A stretch of DNA of 19,188 bases from Candidatus Altiarchaeales archaeon IMC4 (GCA_001742785.1 MCBF01000001.1:962676-981863); one strand, 5' to 3'; counted from the first letter of the stretch, positions 1-7,341 are shown. Program-made: numbers and translations. The notes: generated by a model not told the origin, from the letters alone.

Positions 1-2
1 TA

Positions 3-368
3 AGGGATTGCAACTGCACAAAACAGGGGTGGGGTGTCCATTATCGTATTGATACATCTTTCCTTGTTGAGCATGCTCACGTTTATACAAGATATACTCC
101 TTTTGATGTTTTAATAAAAATAGACAGGACAGGCAGTATAATCAGTAGGTTTCCAGATCTGAAATACATAATAAATATGGATTACTGTGATGCCTACACG
201 CCATGCGAAGTTTTAAAGGTGAATAATGTCTGCGAAGGAAAGGCATATAATATTTGGAATATTTTATTTTACAAAATTAAGCAAGAGAAAAGCAGTCCCG
301 GTTCAACAGATCTTGATAATTGCGATGGTAAATGCATAAACAACACCTGCGTAGCAACAAACGAATAA
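3..368 (+). CDS. 3' part of a PepSY-like / Cys-rich C-terminal protein (5' end lies outside the window); paralogue of 1889..2686
   Basis: The frame of track ORF 177..368 is open back to base 3 (RDCNCTKQGWGVHYR...VLIKIDRTGSIISRFPDLKYIINMDYC...KCINNTCVATNE*). It aligns by eye with 1889..2686 (KKDGLIVAYW...VRIGIDAQTGEILAKYPKLEYIKNPEHC...KCINNTCIITEKT). Confidence 0.75.
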   Translation, partial: RDCNCTKQGWGVHYRIDTSFLVEHAHVYTRYTPFDVLIKIDRTGSIISRFPDLKYIINMDYCDAYTPCEVLKVNNVCEGKAYNIWNILFYKIKQEKSSPGSTDLDNCDGKCINNTCVATNE

Positions 369-384
369 AGCATAAAAATAAAAA

Positions 385-1887
385 ATGAAAACAAAAATAC
401 CGATGACAATAGGACTGATAATGGGGCTCTTGATGCTTAGCGCGATTTGCAGCGCAGAAGAAATGGTAGATACAAACATAACCGACATCGTCGTTTACCC
501 GAACGGCGTGGCGCAAGTAACAGAGAAAGGTGCTGCCTGCTGCGGCAGCGAGTTTTATACGGCGATAGACACGGGGATCGTTCCGGGAACCGTTCGTGTA
601 ATCGAGGGGTTCCCTGTGGAATCCGTTTCCATATCTGCGTACATACCCGCCAAAAACGAAACATCGCTCAAGAGGCCGCTGACTATAGCAGACATGATAA
701 ACCAGAGCATAAACAAGCAGATAGAGGCGGTTACGACTTACGGGGGCATATCCGGGACACTCTACATGCTTGAAGGCGACCTGATGTTTTTGTCGGGCAT
801 CAGGTGGACAAGCGGCAACGAAACAACCGAACTGCCGTTTTTTACCATGGGGGTATCTGACATAAGAAACCTGATATTCCGTGATAAGCCGGATTTTGCG
901 CCGGTTTATAAGGTTTCCGAAACACCGCAGCCGTACAATTACTACTCCTCTTATAATAGCTACTATCCGCAGTACAACGTGCCGGCCTCCGGCAGCAGGC
1001 TCTCCTGGAAAGACAGCGGAAACGGCAGCCGGGCAGTCAGCATCAAATACCGCACCCATGGAATTTCTTGGACGCCGGTGTATAACTTTGACATAGACGA
1101 CAAGGATAAAACCGGCGGATTCGGCTTCTGGGCGATAGTTACGAATAGTATGAATGCCAACCTAACGAACGTCAGCGTGAAACTCGTCGCAGGGAACATA
1201 AAAATACAGGGCGGCATGTACGACCGCATGGAGTACAACACTGCCACCCAGATGGCGTACGAGAACATTGCGGCAGGCGGGGTAATCGGCGCCGCAATCT
1301 CGATGCTTGAAGAATACGCGGTATACGACATGGGCAAAATTTCGCTGAACACCGGGGAAACCAAAATCATAAAGGTATTTGACAAGGGCGTGAAATTCGA
1401 GAAGGATTACGTCTGGGACGCCCGTTTGGACAATGCCGACTGGCGCTATACAAGCGAGATGGAAAACGGCAAGGTGCAGAACATATACCGCCTGACCAAC
1501 GAAGAAAACGAAACATGGCCGTACGGCACAGCAAGCGTTTACAGGGACGGGATGCTAATCGGCGAGGACACCATATCTTGGACTCCGAAGGGCAGGGAAG
1601 CGAAGGTAACCGTTGGCTACGCGCCTGACATCGAGGTCAAAAAGCGGGTGACGGCCAAGGAGATTGCGGGCCGGTCCGGTGACTACGACTACAGGGCGAC
1701 GCTCAAGATGAGAAATTACAAGAACGAAAAAACCACCCTGACGGTAATAGACACCTTCCCGAGCGATGCAAAGGACTTCGAATCGAACATCAAATACGAG
1801 GAGAAGCCCGGGAACCTGCTCTACTGGAACGTTACATTGAACCCCGGGCAGGAGATGGATTTGACATATACATACTGGACGAATTAA
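385..1887 (+). CDS. Secreted DUF4139/DUF4140-type (COG5316, MuiA-like) protein
   Basis: 500 aa with signal peptide (MKTK...LMLSAICSA). Recognisable family motifs: 'IVVYPNGVAQV', 'IKYRTHGISWTPVY', 'WAIVTNSMNANLTNVSVKLVAG', 'GTASVYRDGMLIGE', C-terminal 'LYWNVTLNPGQEMDLTYTY'. Confidence 0.8.
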   Translation: MKTKIPMTIGLIMGLLMLSAICSAEEMVDTNITDIVVYPNGVAQVTEKGAACCGSEFYTAIDTGIVPGTVRVIEGFPVESVSISAYIPAKNETSLKRPLTIADMINQSINKQIEAVTTYGGISGTLYMLEGDLMFLSGIRWTSGNETTELPFFTMGVSDIRNLIFRDKPDFAPVYKVSETPQPYNYYSSYNSYYPQYNVPASGSRLSWKDSGNGSRAVSIKYRTHGISWTPVYNFDIDDKDKTGGFGFWAIVTNSMNANLTNVSVKLVAGNIKIQGGMYDRMEYNTATQMAYENIAAGGVIGAAISMLEEYAVYDMGKISLNTGETKIIKVFDKGVKFEKDYVWDARLDNADWRYTSEMENGKVQNIYRLTNEENETWPYGTASVYRDGMLIGEDTISWTPKGREAKVTVGYAPDIEVKKRVTAKEIAGRSGDYDYRATLKMRNYKNEKTTLTVIDTFPSDAKDFESNIKYEEKPGNLLYWNVTLNPGQEMDLTYTYWTN

Positions 1888-1888
1888 G

Positions 1889-2686
1889 ATGAACAAAGAA
1901 AAAATATTATTTTTGGGGCTGTTGACGCTCGCCGGGATAGTGATGATTATCGCATCGAACGTCATGAATTCAGAGCATGGCATACTGCCCAAGGAAGATG
2001 CTTCGCAAACGCGGATTATAATCCAGTCCCCTGAGAGTCTGGAGATTGAGGAGTCCAACGAAACCGTAACCGCAACCAACAGCATGAACGTGGTCGTACG
2101 GCAGGGGGGCCAGGAAATAAGGAACGCGGACGTAGAGTTGTCTCAGCAGGTTCAGCTGAGGGCGTCAAGTGGGAAACAAATTACGGTATCCCAAGCAATC
2201 GCTAAAGCCCGCGCAACCGAAGAAGTGCAGGAGTTTTTGAAGTGGTATCCTGATGCAGGGGTTAGTGTTGTTGAGGGATATGAGGGTTGCGAACTTGTTG
2301 CTGTAACTGAAGATGCTAAGATAAAATGTACACGGGAACTTCTCAAAAAGGATGGTTTGATTGTCGCTTATTGGGTTGGTGAAAACTTGGAAGGAAGGGC
2401 GGCAACTGCCGTTAGAATTGGTATTGATGCCCAAACTGGCGAAATCCTTGCAAAATACCCGAAACTCGAATACATCAAAAATCCGGAGCATTGCGAAAAA
2501 GATAACGATTGCATTCATCTGAGATATGTTGATACGTGTGCAAATTTTGTCGGTGAACGATATATAAGTTCACAATCTTGTGCAATGAGTTCGTCCGGTA
2601 CTGCGTGTGGAATGCATGGTGAGTTTAACTGGACTACGTCATGCAAATGCATAAACAACACCTGCATTATAACTGAAAAAACATGA
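1889..2686 (+). CDS. Membrane-anchored or secreted protein with PepSY-like motif and Cys-rich C-terminus
   Basis: N-terminal hydrophobic helix (ILFLGLLTLAGIVMII). 'ITVSQAIAKA' and 'IDAQTGEIL' match PepSY-type patterns. Cys-rich tail ends CKCINNTC. Starts 1 nt after the DUF4139 stop codon. Confidence 0.7.
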   Translation: MNKEKILFLGLLTLAGIVMIIASNVMNSEHGILPKEDASQTRIIIQSPESLEIEESNETVTATNSMNVVVRQGGQEIRNADVELSQQVQLRASSGKQITVSQAIAKARATEEVQEFLKWYPDAGVSVVEGYEGCELVAVTEDAKIKCTRELLKKDGLIVAYWVGENLEGRAATAVRIGIDAQTGEILAKYPKLEYIKNPEHCEKDNDCIHLRYVDTCANFVGERYISSQSCAMSSSGTACGMHGEFNWTTSCKCINNTCIITEKT

Positions 2687-2719
2687 CGTGATTTTTAGTT
2701 TAAAGCATCAGTATTAACA

Positions 2720-3178
2720 ATGAAACTCGCCGGAAATACAGCGATTGCGTCGATACTTTTTGTAACATCCATTTTCGTTCTCGGGACAAAACTTCTTGCG
2801 CCGGCGTCAATCAGCATAATGGTTGAGGGAAGCGACACGGTAATCGAGCCGATACATGGCTTCTTCACGTTTTCCGATGCGATTGTCATTGCTGTTTTTG
2901 CCTCCATTCTTGGGGTATGCGCAGTCTTATTGCTGCTTGATTCTTCGCAACCCGCACAAGCCAAAAAAATAAAACGGGATATAAGCGGGCTGAAAAACGA
3001 CGAGCGGCGGATCTACGAGCTTGTATTCGATGCCGATGGTGTTATGTTCCAGAGCGAGATTGTCGAGGAGACGGGGTTCCCGAAGGCGAAAATCAGCCGC
3101 TGCCTGGATTTACTGGAAAGCAGGGGTTTCGTGGAAAGAAAACGCAAGGGCATGAGCAACATGGTCATCCTGAAATGA
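2720..3178 (+). CDS. Membrane-anchored winged-HTH transcriptional regulator (COG2512-like)
   Basis: Two hydrophobic helices followed by 'LKNDERRIYELV...GVMFQSEIVEETGFPKAKISRCLDLLESRGFVERKRKGMSNMVIL', the typical C-terminal wHTH of this archaeal family. Confidence 0.85.
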   Translation: MKLAGNTAIASILFVTSIFVLGTKLLAPASISIMVEGSDTVIEPIHGFFTFSDAIVIAVFASILGVCAVLLLLDSSQPAQAKKIKRDISGLKNDERRIYELVFDADGVMFQSEIVEETGFPKAKISRCLDLLESRGFVERKRKGMSNMVILK

Positions 3179-3179
3179 C

Positions 3180-3620
3180 CTATTTCTTCTTTCTCATCGC
3201 ATGCGCGACGTCAATATAGTAAACGCCTTCCTTTACATTAAAAACGATCGGCTTGCCGTGCATGAGCGACGGGACGTCCAGTTCGAACATGCCCTCCTCC
3301 ATCATCTTTATGGTTTCGATGCCAAGCTTTACCTGCTTTTTGGTTTTCAGGTCATGGACGAACTTTTTATCGAACCAGTCGTTGTCTTCGACAGGCTCGG
3401 CGGGCTCGGGCGGTTTTGCTTCTTCAGGGGGGGATTCTTCGCCTTCCTGTTCGCCCGCATTCAGTTCTTCTATCTCCTCGAATATGTTCGCGTCCACGGG
3501 GCTTCTTATGTAGGTCAGAAACCTCTTTCCACAGGCGCAGTTCCCGTTGATCATTACCTGCCTCAGTTCCTCGGAAGCCTCGCGGTAGTACTTCCCGCAG
3601 GCAGTGCATTTGTATGGCAT
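3180..3620 (-). CDS. arvC: OapC/ArvC family Zn-ribbon protein (DUF2072)
   Basis: N-terminal 'MPYKCTACGK...GNCACGKRFLTY' zinc ribbon, acidic linker, C-terminal 'IETIKMMEEGMFELDV...EGVYYIDV'; third gene after the small GTPase and DUF2073 gene. Confidence 0.85.
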   Translation of the reverse strand: MPYKCTACGKYYREASEELRQVMINGNCACGKRFLTYIRSPVDANIFEEIEELNAGEQEGEESPPEEAKPPEPAEPVEDNDWFDKKFVHDLKTKKQVKLGIETIKMMEEGMFELDVPSLMHGKPIVFNVKEGVYYIDVAHAMRKKK

Positions 3621-3650
3621 TTTATTGTCTTATAAAGTCTAGTGCTATCT

Positions 3651-3728
3651 CCTTTTCTTTTGGGACAAGCAAAACACTTTGTGTTTTGATGTCCCGAAAC
3701 TGCTTTGCAATTTCGCGGAAAGAAAAGG
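3651..3728. repeat. Nested inverted-repeat element between arvB and arvC
   Basis: Outer arms ccttttcttt (3651-3660) / aaagaaaagg (3719-3728). Inner hairpins gggaca-ag-caaaacac-ttt-gtgttttg-a-tgtccc (3662-3695) and cgaaa-c-tgc-ttt-gca-a-tttcg (3695-3715). Confidence 0.8.
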
Positions 3729-3735
3729 GCTATTT

Positions 3736-4095
3736 TTACTTGTTCCCGCCGGCCAAAAGGAAAATCTTCTGCGGCTCCTTCTTCACCTTTTTGACCAGTT
3801 TCGACGGCCCCACAACGGTCAGGCCGCCGGTGCTTCCGCCGAGCGCCCTTATAATGCTGTTTCTAAGGCCATCCTTCGACCCCTCGCCGAGGGTTGAAAC
3901 CTCGATGCCCGCGAAATCGTCCGAGACCTCGGACATCGTCTTTTTTATCAGTTCGCCTTCTTCAGCCGGCGAAAGCCTCTCTTCGACCACCAGAATCTTA
4001 TCAGATTTCACCCTGTCCAGAATGTAGGCTATCCTATCCTCGCTTTTTTTGCCCTTCATGACATCCGGCGATATGAATTCAATCTCGATTTCCAT
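3736..4095 (-). CDS. arvB: OapB/ArvB family protein (DUF2073)
   Basis: 'RIAYILDRVKSDKILVVEERLSPAEEGELIKKTMSEVSDDFAGIEV...GLTVVGPS' are family motifs; 6 nt downstream of the GTPase gene. Confidence 0.88.
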   Translation of the reverse strand: MEIEIEFISPDVMKGKKSEDRIAYILDRVKSDKILVVEERLSPAEEGELIKKTMSEVSDDFAGIEVSTLGEGSKDGLRNSIIRALGGSTGGLTVVGPSKLVKKVKKEPQKIFLLAGGNK

Positions 4096-4101
4096 TTCGG
4101 T

Positions 4102-4725
4102 TTACTTCGAATACCTTGCGATCTCCTCGTAAAGCTGGTCAACCCCATGGCCGGTCTTTGCCGAGATCTCGACAAGGTGGTGCTGGGGGTACGCCTCCCT
4201 TATCGCCTCTGGCTTTGATGCCTTGAGGTCCGTCTTGTTCGCAACAAGTATCACGGGTATGCCCCTTGCCTCTAAGTTGCCGATTATCGTTATGTTGACC
4301 TGCGTGTACGGGTCTTTTGTCGAGTCCATGACCACAAGCGCCGTGTTTACGTGCTCAAGCCATTTTATCGCTTCTATCACGCCGGATGTCGCCTCCTTTG
4401 CCCTCTTCTGCGCATCCTTTTTCGACATGCCGTATCCTATGAATTCCTTATAGTCGACCTTCGTTGCGATTCCCGGCATATCCAGAAGGTCCATCTCAAG
4501 CTTTTTGCCGCCCGTCTCCACAACGACCTTCTCCTTTTTTTGGACCTCGCGGGTTTCGTGCGGTATCTCGGAAACCGTCCCCATGGGCTCGCCGGTCCAG
4601 TCCATCGAAATCTTGTTCGCAAGCGTCGTCTTTCCGGCGTTCGGGGGCCCGTAAAGGCCAAGCCGTATGTGTTTCCTGCCCCGGAATATCCCCCCTATCC
4701 ATTTAAGTAGTTTTCTAAAAGGCAA
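4102..4725 (-). CDS. arvA: Small Era-like GTPase OapA/ArvA
   Basis: G1 GPPNAGKTT, G2 PHETR, G3 DMPG, G4 NKTD, G5 SAK; basic amphipathic N-terminus; TTG start preceded by GGTGA ribosome-binding site; clustered with DUF2073 and DUF2072 genes. Confidence 0.9.
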   Translation of the reverse strand: MPFRKLLKWIGGIFRGRKHIRLGLYGPPNAGKTTLANKISMDWTGEPMGTVSEIPHETREVQKKEKVVVETGGKKLEMDLLDMPGIATKVDYKEFIGYGMSKKDAQKRAKEATSGVIEAIKWLEHVNTALVVMDSTKDPYTQVNITIIGNLEARGIPVILVANKTDLKASKPEAIREAYPQHHLVEISAKTGHGVDQLYEEIARYSK

Positions 4726-4769
4726 TTTGTCACCAAGCGTAATAGATTATTAGACTTCTACAATAAAAG

Positions 4770-5744
4770 TTACCACGAAATAACGACCTCGTCCGTCCTG
4801 AATCCCTGGATGACCTTCGTCTCCTCCAGCGCCTGATTTACGCCCGCCTTGTGCATCTTCGCCCCCAAGAGCGCAATCATCACGCCGTTGTCCGAGAGGA
4901 ACCCCTTAGGCGTTGAGAATTTCGCGCCCTGTCCCTTTGCCACCAAGGCGAGCATTTCCTGAAGGCGTATGTTGTTTCCGACGCCCCCTGTGAGCAGGAC
5001 CTCTTTTGCACCGAGGTGGCACAGCGCCCGCTCGGTTACCTCCGCAAGCATCGCGAACGCAGTCTCCTGAAGCGAAAAGCAGACGTCCTCGAGGGCATGG
5101 CCTTTCGCCAACACCTCCGCCGCAGTGAGCACCCCTGAAAAATTCATGTCCGTTCCTTTAACGGTGTAAGGCAGTTCGATATAATTTTTGGACTTCCTCG
5201 CCAACTCCTCTATCTTCGGCCCGGCCGGGTGCTCAAGCCCCGCTGCCCTTCCGAACTTGTCAAGCATGTTGCCAATGCCTACATCTAAGGTCTCGCCGAA
5301 AATCCTGTAGGTGCCGCCATTCAGCATCAGTATCTGCGTGTTCGCCCCGGAGACGTAAAGCACAAGCGGGTTTTTGAAGCCGGAGATTTGCCCTCCGATC
5401 TCGATGTGGGCGACGCAGTGGTTAACCCCGAGGAGCGGGATGTTGTGGTAAAGCGACAGCGCCCTTGCGACGGTGGCGACGGTCCTGAGGCACGGCCCAA
5501 GCCCCGGCCCCTGCGAGAACGAGATCAAGTCGATTTCAGGGAATTCAAGTTTCGCGCGGGCAAGCGCGTCGTTCAGGGTTGGCTTGATGTGGTCCCCCAT
5601 GAACTGCGCCGCCTCCCTCGGGTGGATGCCTGCCTTCGGGATGTAGGTTTTTCTGGAATCTGCGAGAACCTTCATGTCCTTTTCGTATTCTATGATCCCA
5701 ACGCCGATTGTGTGCGCAGTGCCTTCGATTCCGAGTGCAAGCAT
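4770..5744 (-). CDS. kae1: tRNA N6-adenosine threonylcarbamoyltransferase Kae1 (stand-alone, not Bud32-fused)
   Basis: LGIEGTAHT, GIHPREAA, SQGPGLGPCL, NHCVAHIE (HxxxH), YVSGANTQ, GETLD, DNGVMIA, FRTDEV; 324 aa. Confidence 0.96.
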   Translation of the reverse strand: MLALGIEGTAHTIGVGIIEYEKDMKVLADSRKTYIPKAGIHPREAAQFMGDHIKPTLNDALARAKLEFPEIDLISFSQGPGLGPCLRTVATVARALSLYHNIPLLGVNHCVAHIEIGGQISGFKNPLVLYVSGANTQILMLNGGTYRIFGETLDVGIGNMLDKFGRAAGLEHPAGPKIEELARKSKNYIELPYTVKGTDMNFSGVLTAAEVLAKGHALEDVCFSLQETAFAMLAEVTERALCHLGAKEVLLTGGVGNNIRLQEMLALVAKGQGAKFSTPKGFLSDNGVMIALLGAKMHKAGVNQALEETKVIQGFRTDEVVISW

Positions 5745-5780
5745 TTTATTACTATTGTCATTGATTTATTAAACGACAGG

Positions 5781-5806
5781 AAAAATTCAAATTAAGTTGA
5801 ATTTTT
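5781..5806. promoter_or_regulatory. 26-bp near-perfect palindrome upstream of kae1
   Basis: aaaaattcaa-attaag-ttgaattttt; perfect 10-bp arms, 37-62 nt upstream of the kae1 start. Confidence 0.55.
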
Positions 5807-5814
5807 GTGTCGCA

Positions 5815-5837
5815 TATAAAGTATCCTATACTTTATA
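5815..5837. promoter_or_regulatory. Perfect inverted repeat, operator-like, directly upstream of a small ORF
   Basis: tataaagtat-cct-atactttata, ending 4 nt before the ATG at 5842. Confidence 0.55.
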
Positions 5838-5841
5838 CACG

Positions 5842-5958
5842 ATGGAAAAACATGACGATAAAACAGTGGAAGACACCTTCTGCTTAATCAACGGTGCGGG
5901 CAAACCGACACAGCAGATTAAAGACGAACTTCGGGCGGAATTATATGAGGGGTTATAG
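5842..5958 (+). CDS. 38-aa small ORF, antitoxin C-terminus-like (possibly a remnant)
   Basis: MEKHDDKTVEDTFCLINGAGKPTQQIKDELRAELYEGL*; below the ORF-track cutoff. The 'TQQIKDELRAELYE' tail resembles archaeal VapB-type antitoxin C-termini. Confidence 0.4.
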   Translation: MEKHDDKTVEDTFCLINGAGKPTQQIKDELRAELYEGL

Positions 5959-6000
5959 GGAATTCGAGGGTTTTGATAACGTGGGGTATGTGAAATAAAA

Positions 6001-6513
6001 ATGGGAATCGGGATATTATCAGGAACGAGGGTCATAATCGGCGACTCGGAAACGAGGTCTTTGTGCAAGGAGCGCGGGTTCGGCGAGGATGGGGCCGGGA
6101 GAGCGGAGTTGTCGCTGATCGAGGCGCTTTTCCTCCTTGAGAGCGAGAATCTTGAGGTTACGGACGGAAAGAAAAAGCTCGGCTTTGACGACCTCCTGAA
6201 AATCGGCGCCGCGTCCGAGGAGAACTTCTACGCAAAATACAAGGTCTACTCCGACATGCGGGGCAGGGGGCTTCTTGTGAGGACCGGCTTCAAGTTCGGT
6301 GCGGATTTCCGCGTTTACGAGCGCGGCTCGTCCGTCGGCAGGGGGCACTCGAACCGGCTCGTCCACGTGGTTCCCGAGGAATACACCTGCTCGTTCCCCG
6401 ATATTTCCCGCGCGGTGCGGCTTTCAGGAAACGTAAAAAAAGAGATGATATACGCCATAGTGGACGAGGAGGGCGACATTACCTACTACCTTATCGACAG
6501 GGTCAAGATGTGA
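6001..6513 (+). CDS. endA: tRNA-intron endonuclease (single-unit catalytic subunit)
   Basis: 'LSLIEALFL', 'KYKVYSDMRGRGLLVRTGFKFGADFRVY', 'GHS', 'AVRLSGNVKK', 'DEEGDITYY'; Tyr/His/Lys triad present. At 170 aa it fits an alpha4 enzyme or the alpha subunit of an (alpha-beta)2 enzyme. Confidence 0.95.
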   Translation: MGIGILSGTRVIIGDSETRSLCKERGFGEDGAGRAELSLIEALFLLESENLEVTDGKKKLGFDDLLKIGAASEENFYAKYKVYSDMRGRGLLVRTGFKFGADFRVYERGSSVGRGHSNRLVHVVPEEYTCSFPDISRAVRLSGNVKKEMIYAIVDEEGDITYYLIDRVKM

Positions 6514-6535
6514 TTACTTCTTCGCCTTCGGTTTT

Positions 6536-6565
6536 CACGCGTATACGGCGAAGCCGTATACGGTG
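6536..6565. repeat. Perfect hairpin with GC(GAA)GC loop between convergent endA and FKBP genes (terminator or REP-like)
   Basis: cgtatacggc-gaa-gccgtatacg (6540-6562), extendable by cac/gtg across one bulged base. Confidence 0.75.
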
Positions 6566-6568
6566 TAC

Positions 6569-6588
6569 TGCAAATCTACAGATTTGCA
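6569..6588. repeat. Inverted repeat overlapping the FKBP stop codon
   Basis: tgcaaatct-ac-agatttgca; 9-bp perfect arms. Confidence 0.65.
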
Positions 6589-7304
6589 TTATCCGTCTTC
6601 ATGCCCGCCTTTTCAATCGCCTTCTCCACAACCTGCTTTGTCGGGTTTTCCCAGTTCTCGGTGAACGTAACCGTCTCGATATTCATAAACCTGAAAAGCT
6701 CGGCGGCAAGGGACGCCTTTCTCATCAAAATGTTGCGGTCCTGGAACGCCGCCCTCGGGAGCGTTATGCTGGCGTTCTTTTTCGCGTCGGTTTTTACGTC
6801 GAATTCCTTGGCATCGTTGAAGCTTCGCTCTACGAGATAGTCGATTTTTTCCTTGTCGGTTTTTGCCTCGGACTCGACATTGACATCGAAAACAATGGTC
6901 TGCCCTGCAAGGGGTGAATTGAAGTCAACCCGCACTCTGCCGCCTGCAACCGTCTGGATCCTGCCATGGCGCCCATCGATCTCAACAGGCATCCCGGGGA
7001 TTGCGCGCATGTTCTGCTGTTTGAAGAACCGCATCGGTATAAGTTCGACCCTGGCAGGGTCGCGTTTTCCGTACCCTTCTTCAGGCGGGATTTCAAGCGT
7101 CTTTTTCTGCCCGGCATTCATGTTCTTCAGCGCCTTGTCAAGGCCTGCGATTACCTGGCCCTCGCCAACGATGACCGAGATCGGGGAATAAATCTTCTTC
7201 GGGTCGTGCATGCCTTCCTTCTTTGCAACTGCCTCGTCCGTGGTGTCGAATACCCTGCCTTCTTTTAGTTTCCCTGTGTACGATATCTTGACAAATCTGT
7301 TCAT
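6576..7304 (-). CDS. slyD: Long-type archaeal FKBP peptidyl-prolyl isomerase (SlyD-like)
   Basis: 'FVKISYTGKLKEGRVFDTT', 'VGEGQVIAGLDKAL', 'IPPEEGYGKRDP', 'GRVRVDFNSPLAG' plus a C-terminal extension. Start moved to ATG 7304 (MNRFVK) because the track's extra 23 codons run through the upstream terminator. Confidence 0.92.
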   Translation of the reverse strand: MNRFVKISYTGKLKEGRVFDTTDEAVAKKEGMHDPKKIYSPISVIVGEGQVIAGLDKALKNMNAGQKKTLEIPPEEGYGKRDPARVELIPMRFFKQQNMRAIPGMPVEIDGRHGRIQTVAGGRVRVDFNSPLAGQTIVFDVNVESEAKTDKEKIDYLVERSFNDAKEFDVKTDAKKNASITLPRAAFQDRNILMRKASLAAELFRFMNIETVTFTENWENPTKQVVEKAIEKAGMKTDNANL

Positions 7305-7341
7305 CTTGTTATCGTAAAATATTGGTTTTGCAGTTAATAAT

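Noticed and set aside
330..2665. Diversity-generating retroelement (VR/TR pair) suggested by the shared 21-nt 3' block
   Set aside because: Flanking sequences are not near-identical with adenine-specific mismatches, and there is no reverse transcriptase in the window.
5745..6000. Replication origin next to the oap/arv genes
   Set aside because: No ORB-like TCCA-GAAAC/G-string repeats and no cdc6/orc1 gene seen; the region is explained by palindromes and a small ORF.
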